Assembly (NCBI GenBank): GCA_905178155.1
Contig: CAJINV010000004.1
Span: 7,210,548-7,274,547, forward strand
DNA: 64,000 bases
Origin: Amoebophrya sp. A120
Lineage: Eukaryota; Protista; Dinoflagellata
Reading direction: 5' to 3'
Below the pieces are notes generated by a model. The model made no database searches. It saw nothing but the letters and a program-made list of their open reading frames with translations, and had not been told where the DNA came from. Made by a program: the position numbers and the translations under genes. Positions 11,001 to 23,000 of the stretch are shown one piece after another (positions within the stretch are counted from its first letter, which is position 1; each line of letters begins with the position of its first letter).

Positions 11001-14000
11001 ACTTCCTCCGCCAGCTTCAGTTTTCGCTCCGTTGCCTTGGCCGCATCTTCCGCGGACACTACTTTGGTGGCCTGCTCCTGCCTTCTCTTCTTGTCCTTTT
11101 CTTCCTTTTCTCTTTTCAGTGTTTGCAGATGCGCCGCCACCGCTGGGTTCGACTTGGCGATCTCGGACAGGTCGGTGGGCGTTCCATCGTGCAACTCGTG
11201 ATTTATCGTTTCCTTTTTTAGCGGCACAGCTCGGAACTTTTCTGCTTCCAATCCGCCCGAAGAAGTGGACCCGTTATTCTGTCGACGTGCCTCGGCCTCC
11301 TGCGCCATCTTTTTTTGTACCTGTTTCGCCGCGTTATCAATCTCCAAGCGATGCTGATCAACAGCAGACTTTACGCGAGCTGTTGTAGCTGTAGTCGAAG
11401 ATCCTTGTTTTGTCGTGGTCCCCTCTTTATTCGACGACTTCATTTCTTCTTTACTACTACTTCTCGTAGAAGATTGCTTGGCAGTTAAGGTGACGGGAGC
11501 AGCAGCTTTATTCTGGCCTCCTTTTGTAGCACTTTCCTTTACTTGTTGCGCTTTATTCCGTTGCTTATGCTTGCCCGGCTCCTCCTCCGCCTCGGCAGAC
11601 AACAATGTATGGCGGGGTTAAAAACAGATGTTCATCTCGCAAGAATCATGATCTGCTCGACAAATAAGTAATAGCTGTCTTCACAATGAGAACTACTCCC
11701 AGACTAAAATCAAAATAGAACCCTAAAACCAAAAACCCACTCAACCCTTCTAAACCCTTTTCGACGCAGGCGAAGGTACCGGGGCGGAAACGGGAAGATG
11801 AATCAGGGGAGAAGAACTGGAAACCGCAACTGATCAGAGAGAGTGTGCACAAAACCGCATGGTAAGACCTAAAGATTCTATTCAAGCAAAATACCCGCAT
11901 AGGACACCGGATGGTGTCATGTCCCAACCCACAAAAAACCCTGCTTGGTGCCAGTAGGGCCCGGGGAAAGCAAAAGAGCAGCAAGGAAGTAAAGGTAAAA
12001 TCTACGTTCAAAAAGCGCTAATAAAGCCTTTTGCTCTGATCCGTCCGGGTGTGCACTCCCATCTGGTTCTAAAGCTTCAGCAGTGCTGAGAGCGCTCCGA
12101 CCCTAAACCTTCTGACCAAAGCCAAAAGATCTACGTACGTATGCGCACGAGCAAGGCAGGAACATCGCCTGATGTGGACGACGTTCCTAAACTAAAAACA
12201 AAAAACGACTCTCGGACCGGAGGTAAGCCTCAACGGTAGTCGATGCGAGCGAAGAGCGCGAGGAGCGAAGCGAGAGCGAAATCGAGAATCGAAATAGAGA
12301 GATCAAATGATGGGATCGACAAAAACCGAAGATACGCTCGTTGATGTAACGGACACACGAACAAAATCGACACACGAATAATCTCGAAGACGAGAAATCG
12401 AAAACGAGATGTCTCTCTTTTCTCGGAGTACGAAGCGAGAGAGAGAACTACTCCCAGACTAAAAACTTTGGCCTATCATGCAAATGCAAAATCAAAATGC
12501 ATGACGTTTTGCGCTGATGAAAACTACAAATTTGGTGCTCTTGTAGTAGCAGCACATTTTGACATGATGATCATGATCCTTGCAAAAGGGCTTCTTGTAG
12601 TTCCAAAGCCATACACTTTCCGCATCTCTTCCTCTTGCTCCTCCAAAACTTGTTGCTCCGACTTTTTTCCTGAAGATGACTTCTCGTCTTCTTTATCGTC
12701 GAAGAGGTTGTGGTCTTTTTCATCTTTTTCAGACGAAGTTGACTTTGTTCTACTTTTCGTGCTAGTAGTGCCTTTATTTTCATCCGCTTCAGAGTCAGAA
12801 GTAGCAGCTTGCTTCTTTCCCTCCTTTTTCCCCGCCTCAGCCTTCAAGCTCGAGGTGGCTTTGTTCCCCTTCCTCGTCGACGGCTTCTCATCCTCCTTGT
12901 CCTCCTTCTGGCCGTCCTCCTCGATGCCTGCAGCAACTTCCTTTTGCGGCGCGACGTCTTCGGCATCTTCTTCCGCTTTTGAAGTAGATTGTAGTGCGGA
13001 GGAGCTGTATCCCACGAAAAAACTGTTTCACTGTGGTGATTTTGCAAGATCAGCATCACAAGTTTGTTACACATGACACTGAAAATCTGTCATGCGCGCT
13101 TCCCAAGGGAAAACACGCTTGAAAATCCAATGTCTTCTTGCAGGTGTAGCAAGGCAAGTCGTTCTGTGGTCCATTTTCTGCATCACAAGTTCACAATGAA
13201 ACAGTTTTTTCTTGCGATAAGCTGGTGTCCCTGTCGCTGTCCTCCTCCTCGCGGGCTTCTGACTTCCGAGTTGTTGTCCGAGATTTGGACCTCCACGAAC
13301 CCTTTTTCTTTTTGTTTTTCTTCCTCTTCGTCTTCATCCCGTAATCCTGTTGACCTTCATCTTCTCCATCAAGCATTTCCCGTTCGCTTTCGAACAATAG
13401 TACGGGCCGCCCCTGAGCTTTTTTAACACTCTTTGTCTTTGCAGCTGCTGGCGTTGTAGATGATGAATTCGCTCCTGCTTTAGACGAAGGTGACGCAGCT
13501 GCTTCAGTGGTCTTGTTCTCCAGTTCTGACGTCGTTGAGGCCGGCGCTGCAGTAGTCGCACTCTTGTTCGGCGCACTGATGGACTTGTTTTGCACCTCCG
13601 CGACGGCCGGGGCCTTTTTATTTTTTGGATCCACGCCTTGGCCCTTTTTCTTTTGCTGCGCAAGGACCTCCTCGTCTTCGGTATCCGGCCCTGACGTTTC
13701 TTCTTTATCCTCTTCCTCACTGTAGCTCTCGCGTATGGCATTGCACAACTCCCCCTTGTTCCCCTCATTTGTCATGCAAAGAGGTACCCAATAAATCCAC
13801 CCTTTGCCTCTTGGCACTGTTTGCATGACAAGTAGTTCTGGTAGCCCAAATAGCTGCACTACGCTCCAGGAGTCGTGCAACTTTGTCATGCAGAACCGGC
13901 ACTCTTGCTGATGCTCATGCTACTTGTATTGCCGTTCATGCTATACAAATGAGGAAGAGAGGGAGTTGTGCACTGTCATATCGCGGTCCAACGAGTCAGA

Positions 14001-17000
14001 TTCGTTTTCTTCATCCGCATCCTCTCGTCGGCGGCGGGACTTTTTGTTGGTCTTTGTCACTTTCTTCGTCTTGATTTTATTCTTCATCTTCTTCCCCGCT
14101 TTTATTTCGGTGCCAGGAGTTTTCTTGTCGTGGTCCTCGACGCTGGCCTCGTCGCTTCTTTCCTCGTCATCTAGGGCTGAATCTCCCTCAGTTGGCTGAT
14201 CCGACTCTTCTTCGTCCGCTGACTCTTCCGCATCAAGATTGTTCTCCTCGACATACATTTTTCTTGTGTTTTCAATCGTGATCACCGGCGGCTGACCCGT
14301 CATCACGCCTTTTTTTTCTGCTGGTGCTTTCACCTTGTCAGCGGACTTCTTGCCAACAGTGGGAGTTGTTCTCGGAACTGTCGGGGGGGAATCCGTCCTT
14401 GGCCACTCTATTGTTGGCTGCTTCTTGTTGCTGTTCATCTGCCCCTTCTTGCTAGTACCTTTCTTCGTTTTCAACTGCATCTTCAGCTTCGCTGTCTTCG
14501 CTCCCTGGGCGACCTTCTTCTTCGCCACTGCGGACAGGGGTGAATTAGTATTTGTTCCATGCGAAGATGATGGGGCACCTCCAGCGGTCGCTGTTGAGGC
14601 CGCGGAGGTCTGATGCACCTTTGGATCAGCATCAGAAATGGCAACGTTCGCAGAATGGGCGCGAGGATGAATTATGCCTCGCACTTCCGTGTGGTGGACG
14701 GTCACGCCGATGTGCTTGTCTGGGCGGTTGTCGAAGGCTTTTTGCTGGTCCGGCGAACAATTGTTAAGGTTGCAGTCGATACCCGCGTAGACCTGGACTT
14801 TCTTTGTAGCTCCTCCTGCAGCAGCTTGTTCACCTTCTCCTGCTTTCTCCGCCGCTTGTTGCTTCTCCTCCGTCTTGGCTTTCGTCCGGGCCAGAGATTC
14901 CTTTATTTGCGCGGAATTCGGTGCAGACTTTGTCGTCTTGGTTGAGGACGAAAAAGAAGACCCGGCTTGATGCTCGGTCTTTTCGCTGTCGTCTTTGTCT
15001 TTTCGCTCTACTTTGCTTCCGGCAGTTGAAGTAGTTGTGTCTTTCTTGTTTGAAGGTCCTCGTTCTGCACCAGCAGCGTCTGCTTCTTCCTTCCTCTTTT
15101 TCCAAAGTGCACTGATTGTTGGGGAAGCGTGGCCGTGTTTTTCGTCTTTTTCAGCCTCCTTTTCCAACGCGGCCGTGGATTTATTGTTGTTATCGTCCTC
15201 TTCTTTCTCGTCTTCGGAATCCTCGGAGTTATCCGCCTCTGCTTCCTCATCGGCAGTAGCCGAGTCAGATGAATCTTCGTCCTCATTTTCTTCATCTTCC
15301 TTCTGGGCTTTTTTACTCTTGCTCGCCGCTTTTTTGGTTTTGCCGCTTTTGGACGTCGACGTTGCAGTTGCTGACATAGTCTTGGCTTTGTTTGATTTTG
15401 CAGCGCCGTCTGCCTTCGCATCCTGGATTTTTCGAGGAGCATCCTCGTCTTCATCACTCTCGTCCTTTTCATCGTCCGCACTTCCACTCTCCTCGTCCTT
15501 GTCCTCCGAGCTCTCCTCGTCTTTTTCAGCGTCTTCCCCCGCTACTTCGGCGGCAAGATCAGAAACGGGATCCTTCTGGACGAGCGATGTCTTTTTCTCC
15601 GGACTATCTGCCCTTGTTCCCCCGTCGAGTTGCAGAAAATTTACCGGGGAGGTACTAGAAGCAGCGGTGGTGGAAGAAGAAGTAGAAGCAGCTGCAGCAC
15701 CACTAACACTCTGCGGCTCAACATCACCGCTCTTCTTCTGCTTTTTCATCTTTATCGCCTTGTCCTTGTGTCCACGTCGGTGTTTATTCTTGCGCTTTTT
15801 GTGCTTCTGCTTTTTCTCATTCGCTTTCTTCGCCTCCTCTGCCTCTTCTGCGGCCGCCAACTGCGCGTTTTCTTCTTCGACGGAGAGGTATCCCACAGAA
15901 AACAGCAGGCAGGTCAGATCTGTAGTGCAAAAATACATACACGGAAAAATCTGCATTGAATATCCTAAACAGCATGCCACGGGCCCGCCCATGACAGATT
16001 TTTCTGTGTATTTATTTTTGCATGACAAACAAGGTCCGAGCACGAGGACAGAATCCCCGTGCGGCGACCTTCCGGCATTTGTCTGGGACGAGTTCGGGGG
16101 CGGTGGTGGCACTGCGCAGGCAGACCCCTGCAGCCCGGTGTTTCTGTGTGGCCTCCGTCCCCTGATCCGCGACAGATCTGCGGACGGAGCCCCTCTGCTT
16201 GCTCACACTAGACCCGTTAGCCTACCGCGAACAGAGAGAACAGAAAGGAAGAAACTGGCGCCGGGTCTGCAGCTGGCCCCCAGGTCATGACGCGGGGACC
16301 GAGTCCCCGCGCTGACCTAGGGGCTTTGCCCCTGGGCCGTGCGGCTAGTTTTCGGGAAACGCCCAAAGCTGGCCCCTAGGTCATGACGCGGGGACCGAGT
16401 CCCCGCGCTGACCTAGGGCTTTTGCCCCTGGGCCTTGCGGCTAGTTTCCGGCCGGGGGGAAACGCCCAAAGCTGGCCCCTAGGTCATGGCGCGGGGACCG
16501 AGTCCCCGCGCTGACCTAGGGCTTTTGCCCCTGGGCCGCGCGGTTAGTTTCCGGGAAGCGCCCAAAGCTGGCCCCCAGGTCATGACGCGGGGACCGAGCC
16601 CCCGCCCTGCCCTAGGGCTTTTGCCCCTGGGCCGTGCGGCTAGTTTCCGGGAAGCGCCCAAAGCTGGCCCCGAGGTCATGACGCGGGGACCGAGTCCCCG
16701 CGCTGACCTAGGGCTTTTGCCCCTGGGCCGTGCGGTTAGTTTCCGGGAAACGCCCAAAGCTGGCCCCTAGGTCATGACGCGGGGACCGAGTCCCCGCGCT
16801 GACCTAGGGCTTTTGCCCCTGGGCCGTGCGGTTAGTTTCCGGGAAGCGCCCAAAGCTGGCCCCTAGGTCATGACGCGGGGACCGAGTCCTCGCGCTGACC
16901 TGGGGCTTTTGTTCCTGGGCCGTGCGGTTGGTTTCCGGGATGTAAGCGCCCATAGCTGGCCCCTAGGTCATGACGCGGAGACCGAGTCCCTGCGCTGACC

Positions 17001-20000
17001 TAGGGCTTTTGCCCCTGGGCCGTACGGTGTCCGGGAAGCGCCCAAAGCTGGCCCCCAGGTCATGACGCGGGGACCGGGTCCCCGCGCTGGCCGAGGGCGC
17101 CTTTCGTCCCTGGGCCTTGCCAACGGGGCCCGGGAAGCTCGGCAGGGTGGCGGCTCGCGTGACAAACTGGAGCCCGCCATTGCACAGCTCGCGTGGCGAG
17201 GTCCCAAAGTGTGTCCGGGGTGTGTCCGAAAGTCTGCCCGGGGTGTGTCGGAAAGTCTGCCCGGGGTGTGTCCGGGGTGTGTCTGGGGTATGTTCGGACT
17301 TTTTGCCTGGGGTGTGTTCGGGGGTCTGTCTGGGGTACGTTTGGGGTGTGTCTGGGGTGTGTCTGGGGTATGTTTATACCCCACCTGTTGCTTTTTCGCC
17401 AAAAAATTGCAATCCGCCCGTGATTGACGGCCATTTGCATACCCCTGACACACCCCCGAACATACCCCCGAACATACCCCTCGCCTGCATTTTTGACCAG
17501 CTGCTGCAGTTTAGATAGTAATAAGCTTTGCCTGCTTTTTTCTGTGTGATAAGAGGCGGTGCGAGGCTGTTGTCGTTTTCCGCGACGTCGCTGACAGCGT
17601 GACAGGAGCCGCTGCAGGACGACTGTGGTCGTCTTTGTGATTTGCATCAATCTTCTTGCTGCTTCCACTCGCAGAAGAAGCAGGAGTGTTTAGGAGTTTC
17701 ATCGTCATGGACTTCGTCACCTTTTTTTTCAACGAGTGTCGCGCTAAATACCACGCAATCGGCGGCTTGTAGGGGTCGTCGTCGTCCTGCCATAGGTACT
17801 GTATACTGCGTAAATCGACGCCATCCCCACAACATCCAGGGGCTTTTTAGGGTTTTTATTAAGTACAGCGATCCTTCAATGCAAATGCATCGACACTTAC
17901 AGAGCATGCAAGAGCGAGATGCAACTGCGAGCCGTAATTAGAATTACTCATGATTCGGTACTTCGGGTGGAGGTATACTACGCGCTCTGTGTTCGTCGTG
18001 CGCAATACAAATACAAAGTGAGGGTGAAAATGGTCGTGATTTTACGCAGTGCTTATCCTCTCCGGAGCTGTCACTGTCGATGTCCTTGTGCAAATGGTTC
18101 AGGTAGGCTGCCTTTTTCCGCTCCTCCGCTGCCACTTCCTCCGACTATGCTGTGCAAAAGTGACGTACAACCCCTGCTAATCGCAGTCGTGCATGACAGA
18201 TCTACTTTCTTTACGTTACCTAAATTGTAACTCTGCATTACAAATTCGGCGTTTCTTCGTTCGTTGAAGGAATTCGAATTTGTCATGCGATTTATACGTA
18301 GTACGATACTTTTGCGATGCATACTGCCTGCGTGATCCCCATTTCGTCCCGGTACTCCTTCGAGGCCCGGACATTGCCCGACTGAGCCTTTTATGCATTG
18401 CAAAAGTATCGCACTCGTATAAATGCATTACAAATTCCCTCAGCAGGAGAAATAAAATTTGTCATGCGTATTTACCTTGGGAAAAAAATTTGTAACGCAT
18501 GACTGCAATTACTACGAGTACGATACTTTTGCACAGGATACCTTTTTCTTTTTCGTCTTCTTCGTCTGCAGCGTCTCACTTTCGTGCTGTTCGTGTTCGG
18601 TGCGCTTGTTCTCCTCGAGGGCCACTGGGGACGACGAGTCCTCTTCCTCCTCTTCGGACTTTTTCGTGCTTTCCTCGGTAGTTGTAGTCTCCTCTTCATC
18701 TTCGCTCTTATTTTTGCTTGTCGTGGTCGTGTCCTCGTCCTCCTCGTGGTGTCCATCTTCTCCGCTTTTCTTGCTAGCACGATCTACATGCTTATCCCCG
18801 GTCAACATCTTTACTTGCAGCAAGACTGGCGCTGGCGCGGAAGATGATGTTCTTGACTGATGCTTCTTCTTAGAACGCGGCTTGTTAATATCTCGTGCGG
18901 TATCAGTTGTTTGATGTTTCTGATCCGTTTCAATCGTGAGGTCGAGCTGGTGCTTGTTTTTCTTCGCCATCATCTGCACAGAGCTACCAGTCGAACCACT
19001 TTCATCATCGTCAGACTTCTTTCCATCAGCACCGTTTTTGATCCAGAAGGTTGCTTTGTTGACTTTATTCTTCACCCAGAATTATCAAATGCAAAAATGT
19101 CTGGGTCTGGAAGGTCACAACTTGTGATGCTGTCTGTGGATTCTAAAAACAATTGCATTGCATGACCAGCAAGAGGGGTCGGGTTTGTCGTTGTCCTACG
19201 TGGAGTGGGCATTTCTCATGCGGTAGAGGTATCACAAAGTCCTCTAAAAATCTGTGATGCTACGGCATGCATCAAAGACATCATGACTCATGGAACATAT
19301 GCATGACAAATGTAGAAATCTTCCTGACCCAGACATTTTTGCATTTGATAAGAATTTCGGGTTGTTCTCTTTCTGCTTGATCCAAAAGGTGGCTTTCTTG
19401 TTCACTTTTGTCGCGGAAGTACTAGATGGGTCCCCCTCTGGGTCTTGATCGCTAGCGGTACTAGCACCGCTTGTAGTTGTGCCAGAAGCAGCTGCCATTG
19501 TTTTTGATTCTGTTTCAGTGCCACTTCTCTGCTGGTTCTGTTTCAGCTCGAAAGACATCTTCTCCACCGCCGCTCCCTTTCTTGAAGAAGCAGCTGTACC
19601 ACTTTTCGACGACGTAGAGGTACTAGAACCCTCTTCCTCGTCTTCCTCTTCGTCCTGATGCACTTGAAACGACAGGGAGTTCTCCGTTTTTTCTCCCTTT
19701 TGTTCTTTCGCTTTGTTCCCCGCAGCGACCTCACTCTTCTTCGCGACTTTTTTTACCTCTCCACCGCTTTCCTTTCTCTTTTTCGCCGCCAGCGCCGCGT
19801 CTGCCGCTTGCTTTTCCAGGCGAATCTTTCTCTCCTCGTATCCTGAGTAAAACCGTACCCACACCAGAGTTGTAATGCAAATGCGCATGCTGAAAATGTT
19901 TCTCATGCGGAGCACGATAAGAAGCGTTTTCCAGTCGTGTTTTGGAATTTGTAATGCTCCAATTAGCATGATCTACTAGATCTGCGATGCTGCTGAGCTA

Positions 20001-23000
20001 GCTCAAACAGCACTACACTACGAATCCAAATTTGTCATGCAAAACAGCCAAAACTTGTGGATTTGTCTAGCCGATTCCCCATCTTGACTATGGTGTGGGT
20101 ATGTTTTTACTCAGGATACCTCGGCGCTCCGCTTCTGGATCAGCTGCTCGGTACTGTACACTTGCGAGACCGGGGGAAGTATGAACTGCAAAAGCATCGC
20201 ACTTAGTATAAATTGCATTACAAATTAGCTCAGCATTACAAATGAAATTTGTAATGCTGTTTTACCTTAGGAGAGAGATTTGTCATGCATAACAGCAATT
20301 ACTACGAGTACGAAACTAACTTTTGCAGTGCATAGGAAGGACTTCTTTCACTTTCCACTTGTCGTCAGTTTTGTCCTTAATCACCGTTGTGCGCATTTGC
20401 ACGGAGAGCGGCTTCGGCGTCGTCACGGCGGTGTAGGTATGAACTACAAAAGTATCGCACTCGTATAAATGCAGTACAAATTTCCTCAGCATGAGAAATA
20501 AAATTTGTAATGCGGATTTACCTTGAAAAAAAAATTTGTAATGCAGGATTGCAATACGAGTATCAGATACTTTTGCACAGGATAGTAGGTCGGGTTGTTC
20601 CACCAGGCCTGGATGGGCGGCCGGCTCCACAACTCCGTGAACTCGGCGGTCGGCTTCTCCTTTTTCCCCAGCCGCTCCTGGTTTTCGCGCTCCGCATCCT
20701 GCATGTCCAGCCAGAGGTCAAAATCGTCTTTTTCCAGCAACGCGTCGATCTTTTGCAGCACCGCCTGCTCGCCCACGCCGTTCCCGGTCCGCATATGGAT
20801 GCGTCAGGTTTGAAATCAACAAAGTTGAAATAACTTGTAATGCATAAAATGCAGCCCACAAAGTGCCTCTCTTGCAGAGTAGGCAAGTGAGGCAGATTGT
20901 AAGCCTGTTGAGGGGTGGAAACGGAGCTGCTAAAGTAGCATGACAAAAGACGCCTTCCTTACCCAAACAGCATGACAAACTGGGTATCGGCTCTACCCAA
21001 ATTTGTCATGCGCCACTTAGAAACTGGGTTACAACTTTCATCCATTTTATGCATCACAAACTATTTCAACTTTGTTAATTTCAATCCTGACACTCCCATA
21101 CCGCAGGCGCAGCAGCTCCGCCTGCGGATCGCTGTTTACGGAGGTCGCCTTGAGCCGCAACATGTCGAGTATGCATTGCAAATACGTCTTGGTCTGGAGA
21201 TTTGTGATGCTGAACTGAGGATGATGAAAACACTTCCCGATCTGCAGACAAGCATGACAAGTTTATCGCAGAACGGTTTCGCATAGTACGCAGCTCGCAT
21301 GAGAAAGAACTGCGCTCTCGGATCATAAAAGAGGCCGCTACTTTATTCGTTGGTCATGCAATACAGAGTTCTCACAAATGTAAGACCAGCATTACAAGTT
21401 CGAGTTCCAATGTTCCAGACCCAGACACATTTGCACTTCATATCGAGCGCCGTGTCGCCTTCGAAGTTCTTCCTGTCCGGGCCTTTCAGCTTTTCTTCCC
21501 GGAACTTTTTGTCGTCCTTCATCTTCTGCAACTCCGTCCGCATGTAGTAGATTTGCTCCTCTTGCATCCGCTCCTCCTCCTTCTCCCGCTTCTCTTTCAT
21601 GGCCTGCGCCCGTTCCCACTGCTCCTGCGTCGGCTCGCCGTCGGGCCCCCGCTTATTCCCCCGGACGCGCTGCCAGCCGGGTGGGTGGCGGTCTTCCTCT
21701 TTCGCGTCCAAACCAAGTTCGAAGTAAAACTGGTTCGACCCAACCGTGCCCGTTTGCTTTTGTAGTTCACCACTGCTCTCGGCGTCGTCCTCATTGTCAA
21801 CAGCATCGCCGTCGAGCGTCGTTCGCCCTTGCTCCGTGAGAAACTGTGCAGTGTTCGGGAGCCGCGATTTCATGTGCCTCATCCGGATTTCCCCAACGCG
21901 CATGAACTCCTTCTCGTCTTCTTCCTCCGCTCGCATCTGCTGTTTTTCCGCGTCCTCTTTTAGCTCCTCTTCGGTCTTCGGCTTCAAATGCTTCTGGTAA
22001 AAGTCCACCCGCTCCTGCCAGGTCAAGGCCCTGCGGGTCGGCTGCGCGTCCCGGGTGATTTCGTCCAGTCTCCCACTGTTGCTCGGCACGGGATTTTTCA
22101 GTGCCTCCTTGTCGACAGCGGTCAGTTCCTTGCGCAATTTCGAAGCGGCGGTCTTCCGCTTGTGCAAAAAGGTCTGCATCGTGGGGTCATCGATTCCGTC
22201 CTCCTCCGGCTGCGTTTATCCAGTGCAAAAGCATCGCATTTGTAGTCACATGCTTAACCATTAATAATGGAATCGACATGACAAGTTCCAACATTTTATT
22301 TCAATTTCTGTCCGAAGCAGGGTTATTTGTAGTTGCATCTGCAATTTCTACCGAATACGACCCCTTTTGCACTGCATAGCTCCATGCTCGCGGCCACACC
22401 ATCCGCGGACAGCGGCGACTGGGCGAAATCGGGGAGGCTGTAGAAATCCATCCGTTCTTTGGTCTCTTTTCTTTTCTGGTACATGAACTTTCGGGCTTCC
22501 AGGAGGTCGGGGGACGGCGGGTGTTCTTTGATCTTTTCTTCCCGTTCCTTCTTCCTTTTCTGCTCGGCTTTGTCCTTCTGAAGCTTTGCGAACAGCTGCT
22601 TCTGGGTCAGTTTCAAGGACGCGTTATCCTCTTCCGTGCGCCCGGATTCGAGCAGGCCGTGCGCTATGAACTGCAAAAGTATCGAACTCATATAACAGCA
22701 TGAGAAATAAATATAAAATTTGTACTGCGCATTTACCGGTGTAATGCATGACTGCAATACGAGTACGATACTTTTGCACAGGATATGCGCCTTCTCTTCC
22801 TCAATTAGGTCCTCGTAGTCGCCGTCGTCGATCTTGGCGTAGTACTTTTCTTTTTCCTCCTGCGACTTCTCCCTCTGCAGTTGCTCCTCGGACATGCTGC
22901 CCGCCCCTGGCACGCGGTCGAACAGGTTGTGAATCTTGGTGCGGTGGCCCCCGGCGCCTTCCTCGGCGAGGGTTTCCACGTGTCTGGATCCGCTGGTTCC

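Larger units (their letters stand above)
15889..17551. mobile_element. Introner enlarged to 1.66 kb by nested repeats
   Basis: agagg|tatcccacagaaaacagcaggc...gcctgcttttttctgtgtgata|agagg; excision gives SHRLSVEEEN. Confidence 0.85.

Noticed and set aside
11718-12110. ccctaaa units as interstitial telomeres (also at ~341 and ~31798)
   Set aside because: Isolated single units with no tandem array.
14995-16290. 431-aa plus-strand ORF and similar Ser/Phe-rich plus ORFs
   Set aside because: Antisense shadows of K/E-rich minus-strand exons.
16272-17135. Palindromic repeat array as a CRISPR
   Set aside because: Units are identical along their whole length with no unique spacers, and no cas genes are present.
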